A DNA stretch of 40,286 bases from Methylomonas sp. (GTDB lineage: Bacteria; Pseudomonadota; Gammaproteobacteria; Methylococcales; Methylomonadaceae): NCBI GenBank assembly GCA_026990815.1, contig JALXCS010000322.1, positions 1 to 40,286 of the forward strand, written 5' to 3'. Numbering within the stretch: the stretch's first letter is position 1; each line of letters begins with the position of its first letter. The notes beneath the pieces were generated by a model. It worked only from the letters and a program-made list of their open reading frames with translations. It was not told the origin of the DNA and ran no database searches. The position numbers and the translations under genes are program-made. This document shows positions 35,651 to 40,286 of the stretch, piece after piece.

Positions 35651-37219
35651 GTGTCAACAATTCCCCGACAAATCCATTTGATGGATACCACGCTTCGTGA
35701 TGGTGAACAAACCCAAGGTGTCTCGTTTGCTCCTGACGAAAAAGTCAATATTGCCAAAGCACTCCTAAAATCACTTCGCGTCGACAGGATTGAGGTTGCT
35801 TCGGCTCGTGTTTCCGAAGGGGAAAAACAGGCCGTTACAAATATCAATGACTGGGCTAAACAAGAAGGTTTTGCTGGACAGGTTGAAGTTCTGGGGTTCG
35901 TCGATCATACCCGAAGTGTGGACTGGATAGTTGAAACTGGTGGTAACGTCATTAATCTTTTAACCAAAGGCAGTAAAAAACATTGCCGGGAGCAACTCAA
36001 CAAATCGCTTGCTGAACATCTCGATGATATCAAAAAGACTGTCCATTACGCTCATCAAAAAGGCTTGACAGTCAATGTCTATCTGGAAGACTGGTCGAAC
36101 GGTTACCATAATAGCCGCGAATATGTCTTCAGCCTAATGGATTCAATGAAAAAACTTGGCATTAGTCATTTCATGCTTCCTGATACATTAGGGGTTATGT
36201 CTCCCGATGAAGTCTTTACTAGTCTTAGTGATATGTGCAACCGCTATCCTGAGGTAATTTTTGATTTTCATCCACATAATGACTATGGCCTCGCTACTGC
36301 CAACGTGATGGCTGCTGTTCGTTCCGGCATTAGTGATATTCATTGCACAATAAATTGTCTTGGGGAGCGCGCTGGCAATGCCTCTCTTGCTCAAGTAGCC
36401 GTTGTTTTAGCCGACAAGATGCACATGCAGCTGGGTATTGATGAGACCCATATTGTACGCATCAGTAAAATGGTTGAAAATTTTTCCGGCAAATGGATTG
36501 CAGCCAATACTCCAATCATTGGTGCAGACGTATTTACTCAAACTGCCGGTATTCATGCCGATGGCGACCAAAAAGGTGGTCTCTACGAGAGCAAGTTAAA
36601 ACCAGAGCGTTTTTCACGTAGACGTAAATATGCTTTGGGGAAAATGAGCGGCAAAGCCTCATTGAAAAAAAATCTTGAGCAACTGGGTATGAATTTATCT
36701 GAAGAAAACCAAAAAAAAGTTTTGGCCCGGATCGTCAACCTGGGTGACTCCAAACAGGTTATTACTGCTGAAGATTTACCATTCATCATTGCTGATGTTC
36801 TTGAAACAGAAGACTATCAACACATAAAACTTCTAAATTGCTCAATCACCAGCGGCCTGGAACTTGAATCGACAGTCAGCATTAAGGTTAAAATAAGCGG
36901 CGATACCCGGCTTGCCTCTGGCTGCGGGAATGGAGGTTTTGATGCCTTTATTGACGCGATCAACAAAATTCTGCCGGACTATCATTACTCGTTGCCCCCA
37001 TTAGCTGACTATGAAGTCAGAATCCCTAAAGGTGGTCATACCAGCGCCTTGACTGAATGCGTTATAACCTGGAATTGTGGTGATAAAATGCGAAAGACCC
37101 GGGGCGTACATTCCAACCAGGTGTTTGCTTCTGTTGCTGCGGCATTAAAAATGATTAATATCCAATTGCATGAATTAAAACAAAATTGCTCACTTGGAAA
37201 CCAGAATGAAATACACTAA
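35651..37219 (+). CDS. cimA: (R)-citramalate synthase, Leptospira CimA type (LeuA/HMGL-like family)
   Basis: 522 aa. DTTLRDGEQTQGVSF, VDRIEVASARVS, LGFVD...VDWI, NLLTKGS, VYLEDWSNG, LPDTLGV and HPHNDYGLA. The C-terminal LeuA-dimer-type regulatory domain contains DYEVRIPKGG. The long colinear resemblance is to the characterised Leptospira CimA rather than to 2-isopropylmalate synthase. GTG start. Confidence 0.8.
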   Translation: MSTIPRQIHLMDTTLRDGEQTQGVSFAPDEKVNIAKALLKSLRVDRIEVASARVSEGEKQAVTNINDWAKQEGFAGQVEVLGFVDHTRSVDWIVETGGNVINLLTKGSKKHCREQLNKSLAEHLDDIKKTVHYAHQKGLTVNVYLEDWSNGYHNSREYVFSLMDSMKKLGISHFMLPDTLGVMSPDEVFTSLSDMCNRYPEVIFDFHPHNDYGLATANVMAAVRSGISDIHCTINCLGERAGNASLAQVAVVLADKMHMQLGIDETHIVRISKMVENFSGKWIAANTPIIGADVFTQTAGIHADGDQKGGLYESKLKPERFSRRRKYALGKMSGKASLKKNLEQLGMNLSEENQKKVLARIVNLGDSKQVITAEDLPFIIADVLETEDYQHIKLLNCSITSGLELESTVSIKVKISGDTRLASGCGNGGFDAFIDAINKILPDYHYSLPPLADYEVRIPKGGHTSALTECVITWNCGDKMRKTRGVHSNQVFASVAAALKMINIQLHELKQNCSLGNQNEIH

Positions 37220-37445
37220 TTACGGGCTTAGTTTTTTAATAGGCTTTTTAGTAGCTGGCTGCGGTCAACAAGGCCCGCTTTATTTACCAGGCGAAAACCC
37301 CCCGATTTATGTTCCGCCTGAAGAGCGTATTTATGTACCCCCAAAAAAAACACAACGCCAGAAACAAGACCAAGACCAAGACCAAGACCAAGACCAAGAC
37401 CAAGACCAAGACCAAGACCAAGACCAAGACCAAGACCAAGAATAA
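37206..37445 (+). CDS. lptM: LptM (YifL/LppL)-family small lipoprotein with (Gln-Asp)12 C-terminal repeat
   Basis: MKYTNYGLSFLIGFLVAGC/GQQGPLYLP: a lipobox followed by the conserved G..GPLYLP signature of LptM. It occupies the conserved position upstream of lysA-dapF. The ATG at 37206 overlaps the cimA end by 14 nt. The stop overlaps the lysA start (TAATG). Confidence 0.75.
   Translation: MKYTNYGLSFLIGFLVAGCGQQGPLYLPGENPPIYVPPEERIYVPPKKTQRQKQDQDQDQDQDQDQDQDQDQDQDQDQE
37365..37440 (+). repeat. Perfect hexanucleotide microsatellite (CAAGAC) x12 plus a partial unit
   Basis: Counted directly: 12 uninterrupted CAAGAC units (37365-37436) plus CAAG. It is in frame and encodes QD x12 at the end of lptM. 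Confidence 0.95.
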
Positions 37446-38692
37446 TGGACTATTTCAATTACCGAAATCAACAACTTTATGCCGAAGATGTCGCGGTCAG
37501 TGATATTGTCACACAACATGGCACACCCTGTTATATCTACTCCAGAGCAACACTGGAAAGACACTGGCACGCTTTTGACAAAGCCTTTGGTAATCACCGG
37601 CATCTGATTTGTTACGCCGTTAAAGCAAACTCCAATATTGCTGTTTTAAATATATTGGCCCGCCTGGGCTCCGGTTTTGATATCGTTTCTGTCGGCGAGC
37701 TGGAAAGGGTTTTGGCTGCCGGTGGTAATCCTCAAAAAATTGTTTTCTCAGGTGTCGGAAAACGTGAAGATGAAATTCAAACTTCCCTAAAAACAGGAAT
37801 TCGCTGCTTTAATATCGAAGTACGAGAAGAACTGGACCGAATTAATGATTTAGCATCCCAATTGGGAAAAGTTGCCCGGGTTTCATTTCGTGTCAATCCA
37901 GATGTCGATGCTCAAACCCATCCTTATATTTCAACTGGGCTAAAAGAAAATAAATTCGGCATAGATATCAAAACCGCTTTGGCAGAATATCAACGCGCTT
38001 CAAAAATGGCTAATATTGAGATAATGGGTATTGACTGCCATATTGGCTCACAATTAACTGATACCAAACCCTTTCTTGATGCATTGGAACGTATCCTGGA
38101 AATGGTTGAACAACTTAAGACCCAAAATATAAATTTGCAACATCTAGATTTGGGAGGCGGCCTGGGTATCTGCTATCAGAATGAACAACCTACTGAGCCA
38201 GGCGAATATGTAAATCAACTTTTACAACACCTACAAGAAACTGATTTTGAAATTTTATTGGAGCCCGGCCGAGCAATTGCTGGAAACGCTGGAATTCTAG
38301 TAACCAAAGTTGAATATCTAAAACCCACAACTGACAAAAATTTTGCTATTGTTGATGCAGCAATGAATGATTTGATCCGGCCCGCACTATACAGCGCTTG
38401 GCAAGATATTATTCCATTGAACACAACCAGTACAGCCGAAGAAAAACGATGGGATATTGTCGGACCCGTTTGTGAAACCGGAGATTTTCTAGGAAAACAA
38501 CGTAATCTTCGTTTAACGACTGGCGATTTGCTTGCTGTTCGCTCTTCCGGTGCTTATGGTTTTACCATGAGTTCTAACTATAATTCCAGGCCCAGGCCTG
38601 CAGAAATTATGGTCGATGGCAAGCAAATTCATTTAATCCGAAAGCGTGAATCTTTACCAGACATTATTGCAGGAGAAAAAATTTTGCCATGA
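37445..38692 (+). CDS. lysA: Diaminopimelate decarboxylase
   Basis: 415 aa. CYAVKANSN (PLP-Lys), GGGLGI, CETGD and SSGAYG. Conserved lptM-lysA-dapF context. Confidence 0.95.
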   Translation: MDYFNYRNQQLYAEDVAVSDIVTQHGTPCYIYSRATLERHWHAFDKAFGNHRHLICYAVKANSNIAVLNILARLGSGFDIVSVGELERVLAAGGNPQKIVFSGVGKREDEIQTSLKTGIRCFNIEVREELDRINDLASQLGKVARVSFRVNPDVDAQTHPYISTGLKENKFGIDIKTALAEYQRASKMANIEIMGIDCHIGSQLTDTKPFLDALERILEMVEQLKTQNINLQHLDLGGGLGICYQNEQPTEPGEYVNQLLQHLQETDFEILLEPGRAIAGNAGILVTKVEYLKPTTDKNFAIVDAAMNDLIRPALYSAWQDIIPLNTTSTAEEKRWDIVGPVCETGDFLGKQRNLRLTTGDLLAVRSSGAYGFTMSSNYNSRPRPAEIMVDGKQIHLIRKRESLPDIIAGEKILP

Positions 38693-39519
38693 AAATCCAA
38701 TTCACCAAAATGCATGGCTTAGGAAACGACTTTATGGTAATCGATGCAGTCAACCAAACTATTTCTCTAACTGGGGAGCAGATACGGTTCTTGGCTGACC
38801 GGCATTTTGGCATTGGCTTTGATCAATTACTTTTGGTAGAAAAAGCTACCAGCGACAATGCTGACTTTCGCTATGGCATTTTCAACGCTGACGGGGGACA
38901 AGTTGCTCAATGTGGTAATGGCGCTCGCTGCTTTGCTCGGTTTGTTCGTGATAAAGGCTTGAATAACAATAATGAAATTCGTGTCGATACTGACTCCGGT
39001 CAATTAATCCTTCGCTTTACTACTGATAATTTAATCACTGTCGATATGGGGATACCGAAACATAAACCATTGGAAATTCCTTTACTGGCAGAACAAGAAA
39101 ATAAATATTACAGTGCCGAGGTCAACGGCATTGAAAAAGCTTTTGGGGCTGTATCATTAGGGAATCCACACGCTGTACTAGAAGTCATTGATATTCATAC
39201 TGCTCCTGTACTTGAATTAGGTTCAGAGTTAGAAAATCATCCAATTTTTCCAGATCGAGCTAATATTGGTTTTATGCAGATCCTGGATAAACAGCATATC
39301 AAGTTACGTGTTTTTGAACGAGGTGCTGGAGAAACACTAGCCTGTGGCAGCGGTGCGTGTGCAGCGGTTGTCATTGGTATCGAACAACATTTACTCGGCA
39401 ATCAAGTGACAGTTGAACTTCCCGGTGGCCAATTGGATGTCAACTGGGAAGGCCGTAATCATCCGGTGTTTATGACTGGACCAGCCGTTTCGGTGTTTGA
39501 TGGGACCATAGAAATATGA
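38689..39519 (+). CDS. dapF: Diaminopimelate epimerase
   Basis: 276 aa. FTKMHGLGNDF, with catalytic Cys contexts CGNGARC and ACGSGACA. Confidence 0.95.
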   Translation: MKIQFTKMHGLGNDFMVIDAVNQTISLTGEQIRFLADRHFGIGFDQLLLVEKATSDNADFRYGIFNADGGQVAQCGNGARCFARFVRDKGLNNNNEIRVDTDSGQLILRFTTDNLITVDMGIPKHKPLEIPLLAEQENKYYSAEVNGIEKAFGAVSLGNPHAVLEVIDIHTAPVLELGSELENHPIFPDRANIGFMQILDKQHIKLRVFERGAGETLACGSGACAAVVIGIEQHLLGNQVTVELPGGQLDVNWEGRNHPVFMTGPAVSVFDGTIEI

Positions 39520-40199
39520 ATGACAAAGTAAAAATTGATATATCAGAACAACAAGTCGAGCAGTATTTACGACAACATCCAAATTTTTTTCATAATCACC
39601 TGGAGCTGCTTGAACAGATCAGCATTCCCCATCCAAGCGGCTCGGCTGTCTCTTTAATTTCAAAACAACTTGAAATTTTCCGTAATCGTCATCACGAACA
39701 AGAAAAACAATTGACTGCACTGATTGAAATTGCAAGAGATAATGATACTTCGTTCACTCGTCTGCATAAATTAACTTTATCCATGCTGGATGCAGATTCT
39801 CTAGAAAGTGTTGTGGCCAATCTTGACCAGGTCATCAAGGAAGGTTTTATAACAGACTTTGTCAGTCTGAAGATATTTAGGGAAAACCCTGAATCACCGA
39901 TCGCTAACCTATTTGCCCCCCCCGAAACCCCTGCATTAAAGCATTTCGACAGTCTGCTAGAAAAAAATCTACCAACTTGTGGTCATCCAACTCTCGATCA
40001 GGCAAAATTTTTATTTGATAAAAATGCGTTAGATGTTAAATCCTGCGCTTTCATCCCCTTGGTTTTTCCCGAGTTCAAAGGTATTTTTGCTATCGCTAGC
40101 CGGCAGAAAGATCGCTTCCATTACAGCATGGGTAATCTATTGTTAACTCAGATGGGTGAAATCATTGGCACTCGGTTGATTTCGCTATTTCGACATTAA
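39516..40199 (+). CDS. DUF484-family protein (conserved partner between dapF and xerC)
   Basis: 227 aa. V..YL...P.FF..H..LL start and a GAF-like C-terminal half. ATGA overlap with dapF. Gene order is the same as in other gammaproteobacteria. Confidence 0.75.
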   Translation: MNDKVKIDISEQQVEQYLRQHPNFFHNHLELLEQISIPHPSGSAVSLISKQLEIFRNRHHEQEKQLTALIEIARDNDTSFTRLHKLTLSMLDADSLESVVANLDQVIKEGFITDFVSLKIFRENPESPIANLFAPPETPALKHFDSLLEKNLPTCGHPTLDQAKFLFDKNALDVKSCAFIPLVFPEFKGIFAIASRQKDRFHYSMGNLLLTQMGEIIGTRLISLFRH

Positions 40200-40203
40200 T
40201 TTA

Positions 40204-40286
40204 ATGAAACCAGAATCAACAGCCTTAATGAACGATTTTTTTTCTCAACTCAAATATGAGAAAAGAGCCTCCAGCCACACGCTAAA
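40204..40286 (+). CDS. xerC: Tyrosine recombinase XerC, N-terminal fragment running off the window
   Basis: MKPESTALMNDFFSQLKYEKRASSHTLK... The Y...ER.S.HTL pattern marks the Xer core-binding domain. Position after dapF-DUF484 fits. Only 27 codons are visible. Confidence 0.55.
   Translation, partial: MKPESTALMNDFFSQLKYEKRASSHTL

Noticed and set aside
37365-37440. Possible CRISPR-like or regulatory repeat array.
   Set aside because: The unit is only 6 nt with no spacers. It is translated in frame within a CDS, so it is a microsatellite, not a CRISPR array.
37309-37603. Alternative-frame and antisense ORFs across the hexanucleotide repeat, encoding (KT)n on the + strand and (SW)n on the - strand.
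   Set aside because: They are translations of the same CAAGAC repeat in other frames. They have no RBS or start context and lie inside lptM and lysA. The lptM frame is supported by the lipobox and the GPLYLP signature.
40204-40286. A tyrosine recombinase at the window edge could mark an integrated mobile element.
   Set aside because: The lptM-lysA-dapF-DUF484-xerC order is the conserved housekeeping context of xerC in gammaproteobacteria. There is no att-like repeat, tRNA or phage gene nearby.

Overview
This is a 40.3-kb, AT-rich chromosomal segment that is densely coded and mostly core genome. The gene content points to a methylotrophic gammaproteobacterium of Methylococcales or Methylophaga type. 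That assignment rests on two MtdB-type methylene-H4MPT dehydrogenase genes next to zwf-pgl-edd-eda, and it is inference only.

Gene order, left to right:
- suf Fe-S assembly operon on the minus strand: Rrf2 regulator, sufB, sufC, sufD, sufS and a partial sufU-like gene.
- An orphan secreted protein with a VPLPA/PEP-CTERM-type sorting tail.
- A minus-strand run: soluble chemoreceptor with a CZB zinc-binding domain, SorA/SorB-like sulfite dehydrogenase, and a tandem pseudo-receiver/receiver protein.
- An unknown polytopic membrane protein translationally coupled to a rhomboid protease, then a small membrane protein.
- uvrA and dedA.
- J-domain membrane protein, nlpD, rpoS.
- mobB, convergent with a DUF2231-like membrane protein.
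- A split exopolysaccharide/exosortase-type locus. One arm runs heparinase II/III-like protein, trypsin-like protease, EpsB-type priming transferase. The divergent arm is an acyl-CoA ligase plus PLP decarboxylase pair.
- Two tandem mtdB-like genes and a PfkB kinase.
- zwf-pgl-edd-eda.
- Leptospira-type citramalate synthase, then lptM-lysA-dapF-DUF484-xerC (xerC partial).

I found no rRNA, tRNA, CRISPR array, transposase, prophage or recognisable defence genes.

The best candidates for poorly understood biology are:
- The exosortase-associated ligase/decarboxylase pair and its divergent lyase-protease-transferase operon.
- The CZB chemoreceptor / sulfite dehydrogenase / pseudo-REC cluster.
- The membrane protein and rhomboid pair.
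- A (CAAGAC)12 coding microsatellite that gives LptM a (QD)12 tail.

None of these can be shown to be a genuinely new system from sequence alone. All family assignments come from motifs read by eye, not from searches.
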